Of a stretch of 64,000 bases of DNA, positions 9,943 through 19,733 are shown piece after piece. The stretch's first letter is position 1. The number at the start of each line of letters is the position of its first letter. Both the position numbers and the translations under genes were made by a program. Source of the stretch: Desulfatiglandales bacterium (GTDB lineage Bacteria; Desulfobacterota; DSM-4660; Desulfatiglandales; Desulfatiglandaceae). The notes under the pieces were generated by a model. It worked only from the letters and a program-made list of their open reading frames with translations, was not told the DNA's origin and made no database searches. Location: the NCBI GenBank assembly GCA_963662465.1, contig OY759599.1:5120001-5184000 (forward strand), in the 5' to 3' direction.

Positions 9943-10668
9943 CTAGTGGCTGCAGGGGCAGAATCGTTCCCATCCCATCAAATGAGCGGCGCCCGCAATG
10001 GTGGTGCCGTAAAAAATGATCGGTTTTTTCCCCAGCAGCGGCGCAACGGAACCGTTGGCCAGGACCGTTCCCGTGGCCAGGATCAGGTCCGCCCAATTGA
10101 CGGCATCTTCCGTATGGTCGGCGCTTTCGATGGTCACCCCGAACTTCTGCGTGCCGATGTTGTCCGGGTCCATATCCAGCACCCGCAAGGGATGCATCGC
10201 ACCCAGGTTTTCCACCATTCGCGGTTGAAACCCCACGTGCGCAATCTTGGCGCCGCTGTAGCGGTCTTTCAGATAGGGGACCAGCACTTTTCCGCATTCG
10301 ACGGGTTCCTCGTCCCGACAGTGGATGGATCCCTCAATTCGACCCAGATGCCTGAGTACTGCATTGAGCGAGGCGACAAAGACGGCCCTTTGATGGTTAT
10401 TTTCCATGGGCAGATGCAGCACCTGTTCCAGGGTTCCCTCGTAATCGCCGTACATGTCCGTAAAAGCCTGGCCTCCGGCATCCATAAAGGTTGCTTGCAT
10501 GAGCTTTTCTTTCCCCTTCTGAATGGGGAAATCCTGATGTTCCGGATTGCCGATGGCTTCCTGAGTACTGAGGGCTCGGGCTCGGATTGAAATTCTTTCC
10601 GAGAGAAGCCCTTCCTCTTTCCACAAGTCAAAAACACGCCGTTTTAATTGTTCGTAAATATCATTCAT
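9943..10668 (-). CDS. DUF364/Rossmann-like protein
   Basis: GQAFTD, LNAV, VLDMDPDN, ATGTVLANG; sits in Mo operon. Confidence 0.7.
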   Translation of the reverse strand: MNDIYEQLKRRVFDLWKEEGLLSERISIRARALSTQEAIGNPEHQDFPIQKGKEKLMQATFMDAGGQAFTDMYGDYEGTLEQVLHLPMENNHQRAVFVASLNAVLRHLGRIEGSIHCRDEEPVECGKVLVPYLKDRYSGAKIAHVGFQPRMVENLGAMHPLRVLDMDPDNIGTQKFGVTIESADHTEDAVNWADLILATGTVLANGSVAPLLGKKPIIFYGTTIAGAAHLMGWERFCPCSH

Positions 10669-10679
10669 GATCTATTACC

Positions 10680-11201
10680 TCATTTGACAAATGAAATGGC
10701 ATCCTTCTTCAACCAGGCAAGCCATCCCGTAAGGGTGGAAATCCTGAAACCGTAAACCAGCCGATTGTAGTCGTCCTCTTCCTTTCGCCTCCTGGCCGTG
10801 AGTTTTTGTTTCACCTGTTCCAGCAGATCAATCTGTGCCTCTACCAGCGCATCTCCCCCCTGAATGCCGAGATTGCGAAAAAAGAAGAGCTTGGCCAGAA
10901 ATTCAATCCGCAGGTCTCGAACGTGATCCGTTGGGCTTTTCAGCCATTCGCGGAAATTCTTTTCGCCCTGGGGCAGGATGGAAAAAACCCGTTTGGAGGG
11001 GCGTGTGTCCTGGGTTTCCAAGGTTGAACCCATCAACCCTTCCTTGTCCAGACGTTTTAAGAGCGCGTACAGCTGGCTGGTACTGACACGCCAGGCCGGT
11101 CCCAGACCAGCCTCCAGAAATTGCAGGATCTCATAGCCGTGCCTGGGCCCCGACATCAACGCCCCCAGCAGAGCATACTCCGTGGCTGGTTTATCTTTCA
11201 T
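10680..11201 (-). CDS. PadR family transcriptional regulator
   Basis: LLGAL..PRHGYE, SQLYALLKRL, RPSKRVF. Confidence 0.9.
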   Translation of the reverse strand: MKDKPATEYALLGALMSGPRHGYEILQFLEAGLGPAWRVSTSQLYALLKRLDKEGLMGSTLETQDTRPSKRVFSILPQGEKNFREWLKSPTDHVRDLRIEFLAKLFFFRNLGIQGGDALVEAQIDLLEQVKQKLTARRRKEEDDYNRLVYGFRISTLTGWLAWLKKDAISFVK

Positions 11202-11397
11202 GGTGGGTCCCCTATACTTGCGGGTTACGGATCGAATTATTACAAAGGAGAATATTCTAATTTATTTTGTTTCGTCAAGGAAAAACTGTTGATATCGTGA
11301 ATGCTTACTCCGCAAGAGCATTGACTTTTGAATCAGATGATGCAGAATGTGACCCGGCCTTGCACTACAACCCATAACCCGGTGAGAAGAGAAAGAT

Positions 11398-12285
11398 ATG
11401 CGCATTGAACGGACTGGAAATATTGCCAAAGGGTTTTATGGACTGGGGCATTCGGCGGCGCCGGTGTTTCTGCTGGATGGTCCGGCGCCGGTCCTTTTTG
11501 ATGCGGGTTTTACCGGTCTTTCCCGCATATATGAACGAGAGATAAAAAATATTTTAGACTCACGGTCTCCCGCGTTTCTCTTCTTGACCCATGCTCACTG
11601 GGATCATGTGGGCGCCGCGGCCTACCTGAAACAAGTGTGGCCTGAAATGAAAATCGCGGGCTCCCAGGCATCTTCGGCAATTCTGGCCCGAACGGGCGCC
11701 ATTGCACGGATAAAGACGTTTAACCAGGGGGCTCTTGACGTTCTTCGCAGCTGGGGGATCTCGGAGATTTATGAAGGCGAGTTTAAACCCTTTGATTTTG
11801 ATCTTGTTTTAAACCATGCTCAGGTGATCAAGATTGATCAGAATGTGACGGTGGAAGCAATTCCCGCACCCGGCCACACATGGGACGGCATGGCCTATTG
11901 GATTCGGGAGAGAAAGATTCTGATTGCGGGAGAGGCAACCGGGTGCGACGGGGTTTGTGAATTTTCGGTGGATTATGAGGCTTATCTGGATTCTCTGATG
12001 ACCCTGTCCGCATTGGATGCACAAATATTGTGTATTGCGCACAGGTTGGTTTTCACCGGATCAGATGTGGCAAAACATATGACCCGATCCATCAATCAGG
12101 TGCCTGAATATGTGAACCGGGTGAAACAATACCTGAAGGAGGAAAAGGGCGATATAGACCGCGTCGTGGTCCGTGTCAAGGCGGCGGAATGGGACCCGAA
12201 GCCCTTGCCCAAACAACCGCTGGAAGCCTATTTGATGAACACGAAAACACGCGTGAAAACCGTCAAGCGGTGCATGGGGGCTTAG
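11398..12285 (+). CDS. MBL-fold metallohydrolase
   Basis: THAHWDH, PGHT. Confidence 0.85.
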   Translation: MRIERTGNIAKGFYGLGHSAAPVFLLDGPAPVLFDAGFTGLSRIYEREIKNILDSRSPAFLFLTHAHWDHVGAAAYLKQVWPEMKIAGSQASSAILARTGAIARIKTFNQGALDVLRSWGISEIYEGEFKPFDFDLVLNHAQVIKIDQNVTVEAIPAPGHTWDGMAYWIRERKILIAGEATGCDGVCEFSVDYEAYLDSLMTLSALDAQILCIAHRLVFTGSDVAKHMTRSINQVPEYVNRVKQYLKEEKGDIDRVVVRVKAAEWDPKPLPKQPLEAYLMNTKTRVKTVKRCMGA

Positions 12286-14045
12286 TCTGTGTTGCCGGTC
12301 TTGACCGGCTTGATGGTGCAGAAAGACCAGCGGTTGCCGATACCGCCCACCGTGTTCACCCATCCCGTAAACCGATCCTCGCGAACCCCTTCGGCCAGTT
12401 TGGGTGTGTAAAGGGGCAACCAGGGCAAATCCTTCATGAGGATCTCCTGCATTTCCCAGATGAGTTGTTTTCGTTTTTCAAGGTCCATGGCATTGGCGCT
12501 GGCATCGGCGATTCGGTCGAAGCGGGGGTTGTTGTAACCGCTGGTATTCCATCCCTTTGGTTTGCTGTTTTTTGAAATGAAAAAATTCCTCAAATAGTCC
12601 GGATCCAGCGCAAGGTTTCCGTATCCCAGGACAAAGAGATCAAAATCATGGCGGGTTTTGACCTGCTGGATCAGGGAGCCCAGCGGCATGGGCTTGGAAG
12701 TGACGCGTATGCCCAGCATTTTCAACCATTCCTGAATCATGATGCCCACCATGGCCCTTTGGGGATCGTAATCCGCCGGGGGCGTCAGGATGGTGATCCT
12801 TTCCATGGGACTTCCGTCCGGCAGGCGGATTTCTTCTCCCTCCACAACCTTTCCTTCCGGCGTTACCGGCGGTTCTTCCCAGGTATAGCCCCCTTCCCTG
12901 AGAATTTCATGGGCCTTCCGAATCCTTTCCTCCCGGGTCAGGCCTTCTCCATATTTGGGGACATTGGGGTCATACCAGAAGGCGTTGCTGGAGGGAACAA
13001 TGGAATCCGCCTGCAGGGCGTATCCCTGAAGGATTCTTCTGACAATGAAATGTTTGTCCGTTGCAAGGGCCACGGCCGTTCTGAAGTGGATGTCATCAAA
13101 CGGCTTTCTTCTGAGGTTGAATCCCACATAATAGAGGGCGCTTTTTTCGCTGGTGTAAATCTTAACGTTTTTATCGGCTTCCAAATCCGACAGGTATCCC
13201 TGCTGCAATCCCCACCAGAACATGTCGATGCTCCCTTTGAGCAAGGCCAGAACCGCGGCGTCGCTGGTACCGAAAAATTTGAAGATGATGCCGTCAATAT
13301 GGGGCCCCAGAGGATAGCCTGCGATCTCTTTTCCCTGCCCGAAAAAATGTTCGTTTTTCTCAAGGAACACATAGGCTCCTCTTCGCCACTCCTTGAGGAC
13401 AAAAGGCCCACTGCTGATCGGAAAATCAATCTTCTGTTTGAGGACTTCCAGAAGCGGTTTTTCCAGGTTTTTCACCCGCTCCAGGATGGCTTCCCAGCAT
13501 TTTTTTTGAACGATGGGCGTGGTGAGGGTTCGGGACAGAAAAATGGCCTTGGGTTCTCTCAGGGTAAATCGGACCGTGCGTTTGTCCGGGGTTTCAATTT
13601 TTTGAACAAACTCCCAGTTGGATAAAAACCGGGGCACCTTCAGGGTTTTGATGAGTCGACCCGTAAAGGCCACATCTTCGGATGTCAGTTCGGACCCGTC
13701 GGACCATTTGGCGGGCCTGAGTTTGACGGTGTAAGTGAGGGTTTTCGGATCGTAAACCGGGGCATCTGCGGCCAGCCAGGGCGTCAGTTTCAGCTCTTTG
13801 GGTTCGCGAATATAGAGGGCCTGGTAGATCTGACTCAGGACCTTGTTGGACCAGGCATCGGTGGCCAGCCAGATGTTGAGGGTTTTGGGTTCCTCCAGCA
13901 GACCGATTTTAATGAAGTTTTTTGCGTGGGCGCTTGGAACCCGATGGATTGGGCAGATCAAACATCCCAGGAACAACAATAGACAGAGGGCCCGCGGGAT
14001 TCCAACATGATATGGACGCTTTGGTGCTTTTTTGGAATTGAGCAT
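12282..14045 (-). CDS. family 5 (peptide/nickel) ABC substrate-binding protein, no adjacent permease
   Basis: PWLA, KWSDG..LTSEDVAFT, GPF, N-terminal signal. Confidence 0.88.
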   Translation of the reverse strand: MLNSKKAPKRPYHVGIPRALCLLLFLGCLICPIHRVPSAHAKNFIKIGLLEEPKTLNIWLATDAWSNKVLSQIYQALYIREPKELKLTPWLAADAPVYDPKTLTYTVKLRPAKWSDGSELTSEDVAFTGRLIKTLKVPRFLSNWEFVQKIETPDKRTVRFTLREPKAIFLSRTLTTPIVQKKCWEAILERVKNLEKPLLEVLKQKIDFPISSGPFVLKEWRRGAYVFLEKNEHFFGQGKEIAGYPLGPHIDGIIFKFFGTSDAAVLALLKGSIDMFWWGLQQGYLSDLEADKNVKIYTSEKSALYYVGFNLRRKPFDDIHFRTAVALATDKHFIVRRILQGYALQADSIVPSSNAFWYDPNVPKYGEGLTREERIRKAHEILREGGYTWEEPPVTPEGKVVEGEEIRLPDGSPMERITILTPPADYDPQRAMVGIMIQEWLKMLGIRVTSKPMPLGSLIQQVKTRHDFDLFVLGYGNLALDPDYLRNFFISKNSKPKGWNTSGYNNPRFDRIADASANAMDLEKRKQLIWEMQEILMKDLPWLPLYTPKLAEGVREDRFTGWVNTVGGIGNRWSFCTIKPVKTGNTD

Positions 14046-14102
14046 TGGTTTCCTCCATTCTAATTTTGGGAAATCGTGTAATCGGTAAAAGGAATAACAT
14101 TC

Positions 14103-14765
14103 TTATGTGGTCAACAAAAAAGAGCCATCCGCCTCCCTTTCTACCTTAAGGCCGAACATGTGGATGGTCTCGGTCAAGGGACGTCCATAAAGAAGAGCCA
14201 GCTCTTGAGGATCAATGCCCAGTTTTTCACGGGTGAGCCGCCTGACATCCTGGTCATACTGAAGAATCTTCAGAATTTTTCCAAGAGCCGATTCCCCCCG
14301 TTGTTGGATCTGTTTGACATAATCGGAAATGGCCCGGTAATCGCAGGTTTTTTCGTGCGCCAAAATAAGGCGCCACAGGTTAACATCCCGGATCATATCT
14401 TTTCTGTTGGCTTTGGGTTCGGAAAAAACCTCGTTAAATGCGCTGTTGTCCCAGCAAGCAAAGGCACGGCATTGGCTGGGCCGATCAGCATAAATGGTGC
14501 AAGCCTTTTTGGCATTGTCATACAGAATGCACCCCTTGCCGTTTCGTTCCCCGATCTTTATCATTTCCTGGTCCGTGAACTTCAACCCATCATTGATATT
14601 GTCCCAAACCAGTTCACCTTTTCGAATGGTATAGAGATGAAGCCCTTCGACAACATGGTTGAAAAACAGGGGTAAATCCGTTTTCTGCAGGGTCGGGCCG
14701 GCGGCGAGGCAACATGCCCCACAACGGATACACTGTGTTCTTTCGGTATCAATTTGAGGTTCCAT
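14103..14765 (-). CDS. YkgJ family cysteine-cluster protein
   Basis: CIRCGACC, CILY, CTIYADRPSQCRAFAC. Confidence 0.8.
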   Translation of the reverse strand: MEPQIDTERTQCIRCGACCLAAGPTLQKTDLPLFFNHVVEGLHLYTIRKGELVWDNINDGLKFTDQEMIKIGERNGKGCILYDNAKKACTIYADRPSQCRAFACWDNSAFNEVFSEPKANRKDMIRDVNLWRLILAHEKTCDYRAISDYVKQIQQRGESALGKILKILQYDQDVRRLTREKLGIDPQELALLYGRPLTETIHMFGLKVEREADGSFLLTT

Positions 14766-14778
14766 ATGTAAAGCAATC

Positions 14779-16455
14779 CTATTTAAGGCCTGCGACGGCC
14801 TGGGCGATGTTATAGCAGAAGTCGCCGATCTTCTCAAAGGCGGTGAGCATGTCCACCAGGATAAGCCCCGGATCCACGGTGCAAAGGCCGCCTTGAAGCC
14901 GCATGATGTAATTTCCCCGCATGTCCTCCCGCATTTTATCGATGGCGTCTTCCAACGTCTGTGCTTCGATCATGATGTTCATTTTGTCCTCCCTAACGGC
15001 GGAAACAACAAGTTGAAGGAATTTTTCCACTTCCGCGGATATGACTTCATAATCGTTCATGCCGCCTTCGGAAAGGTGAAGATTCTCTTCGATAAGCTCC
15101 TCGATGAGCTCGGCGATATTTTCCACACCATCACCGGCACGTTCCAGATTATTGGCCATGCGCATTAACGATGCAATCTCTTTGGATTCTTCGGAACTGA
15201 CCTGTTTCTGCATCACATCGGTCAAAAACTGGGTAATCTCCTTTTGAAGGGAGTCGATGATGTCTTCCCGCTGCCGCCACTTGGAAAGCTCTTCGAGCTT
15301 TCGGCTCTCCATGGAATGAATAACATCGTTATACATGAGTTGAACCGCTTCCCCCATTCGAACGATTTCCGCCCGGGCCTGGACAATGGCAATTGATGGG
15401 GTGTCGATATACTTGGAGTCTATATATTTGATGCTGCGCAGCTCATCCAGGTCAGCACCCTTTTCCTTATCAGGCGTTAGCCAGATGGCCAATTTGACCA
15501 GATAAGGCAGCACCATGAGAAAGAATAGTGCATTGACCAAATTGAACCCCGTATGGGCGTTGGCGATGTATCTACCGATATTAGGTCTCTGACCATCGAC
15601 CAGTAGACCGGGAGGGCCGATGTCCATAAGCCCGGACGTGCCCCATGCCACCAGTTTAAGGAAGTAGGGGAAAAAAATGATCACATTGATGACCCCAATC
15701 ACGTTAAAAAGGGTGTGGGCCCGTGCGGTTCGATGGGCATTAACGCCGGCACCGATGCTGGCCAGCTCCGCGGTAATGGTGGTGCCGATATTGTCGCCAA
15801 GAATAAGGGCCACACTGGCTTCAAAACCGAGCAGGCCCTGACTCGCCAGGGCCATGGTGATCCCCACAGTGGCGCTGGAACTCTGCAAAATCATGGTTAA
15901 CAGGGTCCCCACCATGATGCATAGAAGTATTCCACTCACATCGTCCGCGTTGAACCGGGTAAACAATTCAATGAAGGCGGGATGGCTTTTAAGGGGTGCA
16001 AATCCCGCTTTCATGGTCGCCAGTCCGAAGAAAACCAATCCAAAACCCAGACAAATATCCCCCACATAAACCCATTTTTTTCGACCGACAAAAAACTTTA
16101 GAAGGACGCCGACGGCAATGGCGGGAAGCGAGTAAGACGTGACGTTAAAAGCAATCAATTGCGCTGTCACGGTGGTGCCCACATTGGCGCCTAAAATAAC
16201 CCCGATGGCCTGCACAAACGTCATGAGACCCGCATCCACAAAGCTCACCAACATAACCGTTGTGGCGCTGGAACTCTGAACGATACTAGTCACAAGAGCA
16301 CCCACACCGCAACCCACCAGCCGGTTGTTGGAAACCACGCTCAATATCTTCCGCATCTTATTGCCGGCTACCTTCTGCAGGCCTTCAGACATGATTTTCA
16401 TGCCGAAAAGAAAAAGCCCCAAGCCCCCAAGGGACTGAAAAATGATCATCTGCAT
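14779..16455 (-). CDS. Na/Pi cotransporter family protein with C-terminal PhoU-like domain
   Basis: Two QSSSAT motifs, GANVGTT/GDNIGTT, LERAGD, FEKIGD. Confidence 0.92.
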   Translation of the reverse strand: MQMIIFQSLGGLGLFLFGMKIMSEGLQKVAGNKMRKILSVVSNNRLVGCGVGALVTSIVQSSSATTVMLVSFVDAGLMTFVQAIGVILGANVGTTVTAQLIAFNVTSYSLPAIAVGVLLKFFVGRKKWVYVGDICLGFGLVFFGLATMKAGFAPLKSHPAFIELFTRFNADDVSGILLCIMVGTLLTMILQSSSATVGITMALASQGLLGFEASVALILGDNIGTTITAELASIGAGVNAHRTARAHTLFNVIGVINVIIFFPYFLKLVAWGTSGLMDIGPPGLLVDGQRPNIGRYIANAHTGFNLVNALFFLMVLPYLVKLAIWLTPDKEKGADLDELRSIKYIDSKYIDTPSIAIVQARAEIVRMGEAVQLMYNDVIHSMESRKLEELSKWRQREDIIDSLQKEITQFLTDVMQKQVSSEESKEIASLMRMANNLERAGDGVENIAELIEELIEENLHLSEGGMNDYEVISAEVEKFLQLVVSAVREDKMNIMIEAQTLEDAIDKMREDMRGNYIMRLQGGLCTVDPGLILVDMLTAFEKIGDFCYNIAQAVAGLK

Positions 16456-16506
16456 AAAACAAAAACCTCGAAAACTGATTCAACCGGAAAAAACGGTTTC
16501 AAAACT

Positions 16507-16540
16507 AAAAAAAAAGGCCATCCCCTTTTGAGGGATGGCC
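16507..16540 (-). terminator. intrinsic terminator inside the 5' leader of the Na/Pi cotransporter
   Basis: GGCCATCCC-TCAAAAG-GGGATGGCC followed by T9 on minus strand, about 50 nt before the ATG. Confidence 0.85.
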
Positions 16541-16578
16541 CTTTTTAACAACTCAGATCCGATGGGTCAATACATGAT

Positions 16579-16620
16579 TTAAATGGGGTAGCCATCTCTA
16601 AAATAAAACCCCCTGCTCAT
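16579..16620 (-). CDS. putative 13-aa leader peptide MSRGFYFRDGYPI
   Basis: ATG..TAA uORF overlapping a candidate antiterminator strand; weak AGGA upstream. Confidence 0.45.
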   Translation of the reverse strand: MSRGFYFRDGYPI

Positions 16621-16693
16621 TTTTAAAAGAATCCTGACCCTCTTCCGACATCTATATAATCGGAGAGGCAAGCTGTGGATTCAGTCCCAATCA

Positions 16694-16793
16694 TTTGACG
16701 AGTTAATCACATACTTATATACTGGATGACATCAACAAGGCATTTGAAGACGCAGAACACGGCAAGACAATCAAAGCAGTTTTACGCCCTTAG
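16694..16793 (+). pseudogene. C-terminal remnant of Zn-dependent alcohol dehydrogenase
   Basis: FDELIT / HTYILDDINKAFEDAEHGKTIKAVLRP* with one frameshift. Confidence 0.7.
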
Positions 16794-16911
16794 CAAATAC
16801 ACCACCGTCCGTGCTGAAACATATTGGCCGCTCGCCTCAAGACACGGACAATATGTTTTGCGGACGGTTGGAGCGTTCCATAAAAAAATGCCTTAATTTA
16901 AGGAGACGAGA

Positions 16912-19632
16912 ATGAAAAAAAAGATTATCAGCGTCAATGGCACACCCAAAACACTGGTCGTCGACCCGGAAGCTTCGCTGTCAAGCGTTCTCCGCGAGCA
17001 ACTGGGGCTGACCGGCACCAAAGTTGGCTGTGACACGGGCCAGTGCGGCGCGTGTTCGGTCATCATGGACGGCAAAGTTGTAAAGGCCTGTATTACCAAG
17101 ATGAAGCGGGTTCCCGACGAAGCCCAAATCACAACCATAGAGGGAATCGGCACGCCGGGAAACCTCCACCCCCTACAATTGGCATGGATCATTCATGGCG
17201 CGGCCCAGTGCGGTTTTTGCACTTCCGGCTTCATCGTCTCTTCCAAGGCCCTGTTGAATGAAACTCCCAGCCCATCACGGGAGGATGTAAGAGAATGGTT
17301 CAATAAACACCGCAATGCCTGCCGCTGCACCGGATATAAGCAGTTGGTGGATGCGGTCATGGACGCGGCAAAAGTCCTTCGGGGTGAAATGAAAATGGAA
17401 GCGCTCACTTATGAGCTTCCGGAAGACAGCAAGATTTGGGGCACCAGCTATCCCCGCCCCAGCGCCGTGGCCAAAGTCACGGGGGCCTGGAACTTCGGAG
17501 CGGATCTGGGTCTTCAATTGCCATCAGGAACCTTGCAGTTGGCGCTAGTGCAGGCCAAAGTGTCCCATGCCAATATCCTTTCCATTGACACTTCGGAAGC
17601 CGAGAAAATGCCCGGAGTCTCCAAGGTCATCACCCACAAGGATATTAAGGGCAATAACCGCATTCCCGCCATATTGAATTTGCCCACCAATACCTGTGAT
17701 GCTCAGGATCGCCCCATTCTATGCGACAAAAAGGTGTTTCGCTATGATGACCCGATCGCCATTGTCTGCGCAGATACCGAAGCCCATGCCAAGGCCGCCG
17801 CTGAAAAGGTCAAGATAGCGATGGAAGAATTGCCGGCATATATGAATGTTTCGGCTGCCATGGCCCATGACGCCATGGAGATTCATCCTGGGCAATCCAA
17901 CGTGTTTTTCGTTCAAAACATCGTCAAGGGTAAAGAGACGGGTCCCATCTTCAAGAATGCCGAATACACGGTTGAGGATGAATTCTATGTTCAGCGGCAG
18001 CCTCATATGCCGATTGAACCCGACGTGGGCTTCGCTTACGTCAATGAAGAGGGCAAATTGGTCATTCACTCCAAGTCCTGCGCCCTTCACATGCACACGG
18101 GTCAGACTTTTTCGGGCGTTGGGATTGAACCGGAAAACCTGATCATGGTGCAGAACCCGTCCGGTGGAGACTTTGGACAGGCATCTCAAATGACCATTCA
18201 GGGCCTCTTGGGCGTTGCCTGTCTTGCTACCGGCAGGCCGGTTTTCCTTAAATATGACTACCGCCAGCAGATGACCTCTACCGGAAAACAACCGCCATTT
18301 TCAATTAAAGCAAAATTGGCGGCGGATAAGGAAGGCAATCTTCTGGCCCTGGAAGGGGATTTTACTGTGGACTATGGGCCTTACTGTGATCTGGGGGATT
18401 TTATCACCCGGAACGGCGCCCAGTTCCTGGGCGCCGGCTATGGCATCCCCAATATTCAGGGAAAAGGCCGCACCGTCTACACCAACCACGTGCAAGGCTC
18501 CGCATTCAGGGCTCTGGGTGCAACCTCAACCGAGTTCGCTTCCGAAGTACTTATGGATGAACTGGCTGAAAAGATCGGCATGGATCCGTTGGAACTACGC
18601 TATAAAAATGTTTATCGCCCAGGATCTACTACTCCAAATGGTCAGGCCCCCGAAATATACAGTCTACCCGAAATGCTTGACCTGTTGCGTCCCGGATATA
18701 AACAGGCCTTGGAAAAAGCAGAAAGGGAATCTACCCCCGAAAAAAAGCGGGGCGTCGGCATCTCCGTCGGCGTCTTCATGGTGGGTTTTCCGGCTCACGA
18801 CGAATCAAGCGCCGTGGTGGCGCTGATGCCCGACAATTCCATTACCGTTTATGTCACCTGGGAAGATCATGGTCAAGGGGCCGACATGGGAACTTTAGGA
18901 ACCGCCCATGAGGCCTTGCGCCCGCTGGGTGTGTCTCCTGAACAAATCAAGCTGGTCATGAATGATACCAGCGTTACCCCACCCAACCTAGGTTCCGTCG
19001 GCAGCCGTTCCCAGGTGGTAACCGGCCGGGCCATTCAGGCGGCCTGCGAGCTTCTTCTGAATGCCATGGGAAAAGATGATGGGACCTACCGCACCCATGA
19101 AGAAATGGTAAATAAAGATATTCCGCTTGAATACACGGGCAAATGGGCAATTCAGCAGCCGGATTTGAATGAGAACTGCCAGGGGGATGCCATGTTTGCA
19201 CATTCCTACGGGGTTTTCATGGCGGAAGTGGAAGTGGATACCTCCTCCGGTAAAACCAAGGTCATGAAAATGACCTGCGTAGCCGACGTGGGAACCATTA
19301 ACAACAAGCTGGTTGTGGACGGACAGCTCTATGGCGGGATGGCCCAGGGGATCGGGCTGGCGCTCAGCGAAGATTTTGAAGATATCAAAAAGCATTCCAC
19401 GCTGGCGGGAGCGGGATTTCCCTATATCAAACAAATTCCGGATGACATGGAACTCATTTACGTGGAAACACCCCGGGTGGGTCCCTTCGGCGCCGGCGGT
19501 TGCGGCGAACTGCCGCTGACAACACCACACGCTGCGATCATAAACGGAATCTATAATGCCACCGGCGTAAGGATCTGCAAGCTACCCGCGCTCCCGGAGA
19601 AAGTTTTGGCCGGGCTTAAGGCTTCGGCTTAA
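16912..19632 (+). CDS. mop: molybdopterin-dependent aldehyde oxidoreductase (Mop/AOR, xanthine oxidase family; 2x[2Fe-2S] plus Mo domain)
   Basis: GCDTGQCGAC, QCGFC, CRCTGY, WEDHGQG, GELP; 906 aa; AAGGAG SD. Confidence 0.9.
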   Translation: MKKKIISVNGTPKTLVVDPEASLSSVLREQLGLTGTKVGCDTGQCGACSVIMDGKVVKACITKMKRVPDEAQITTIEGIGTPGNLHPLQLAWIIHGAAQCGFCTSGFIVSSKALLNETPSPSREDVREWFNKHRNACRCTGYKQLVDAVMDAAKVLRGEMKMEALTYELPEDSKIWGTSYPRPSAVAKVTGAWNFGADLGLQLPSGTLQLALVQAKVSHANILSIDTSEAEKMPGVSKVITHKDIKGNNRIPAILNLPTNTCDAQDRPILCDKKVFRYDDPIAIVCADTEAHAKAAAEKVKIAMEELPAYMNVSAAMAHDAMEIHPGQSNVFFVQNIVKGKETGPIFKNAEYTVEDEFYVQRQPHMPIEPDVGFAYVNEEGKLVIHSKSCALHMHTGQTFSGVGIEPENLIMVQNPSGGDFGQASQMTIQGLLGVACLATGRPVFLKYDYRQQMTSTGKQPPFSIKAKLAADKEGNLLALEGDFTVDYGPYCDLGDFITRNGAQFLGAGYGIPNIQGKGRTVYTNHVQGSAFRALGATSTEFASEVLMDELAEKIGMDPLELRYKNVYRPGSTTPNGQAPEIYSLPEMLDLLRPGYKQALEKAERESTPEKKRGVGISVGVFMVGFPAHDESSAVVALMPDNSITVYVTWEDHGQGADMGTLGTAHEALRPLGVSPEQIKLVMNDTSVTPPNLGSVGSRSQVVTGRAIQAACELLLNAMGKDDGTYRTHEEMVNKDIPLEYTGKWAIQQPDLNENCQGDAMFAHSYGVFMAEVEVDTSSGKTKVMKMTCVADVGTINNKLVVDGQLYGGMAQGIGLALSEDFEDIKKHSTLAGAGFPYIKQIPDDMELIYVETPRVGPFGAGGCGELPLTTPHAAIINGIYNATGVRICKLPALPEKVLAGLKASA

Positions 19633-19674
19633 TTCCATTTTCTGTCGGCCGGTGGAAAAACTTATTTCTTAAAC

Positions 19675-19711
19675 AAAAAAAGGGACCATTTCTTTAATCA
19701 GAAATGGCCCC
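19675..19711 (-). terminator. intrinsic terminator downstream of thiolase (between convergent genes)
   Basis: CCATTTCT/AGAAATGG stem with GC clamp, T7 on minus strand. Confidence 0.65.
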
Positions 19712-19733
19712 CGCTTATTCGTATTTTCGTGGA

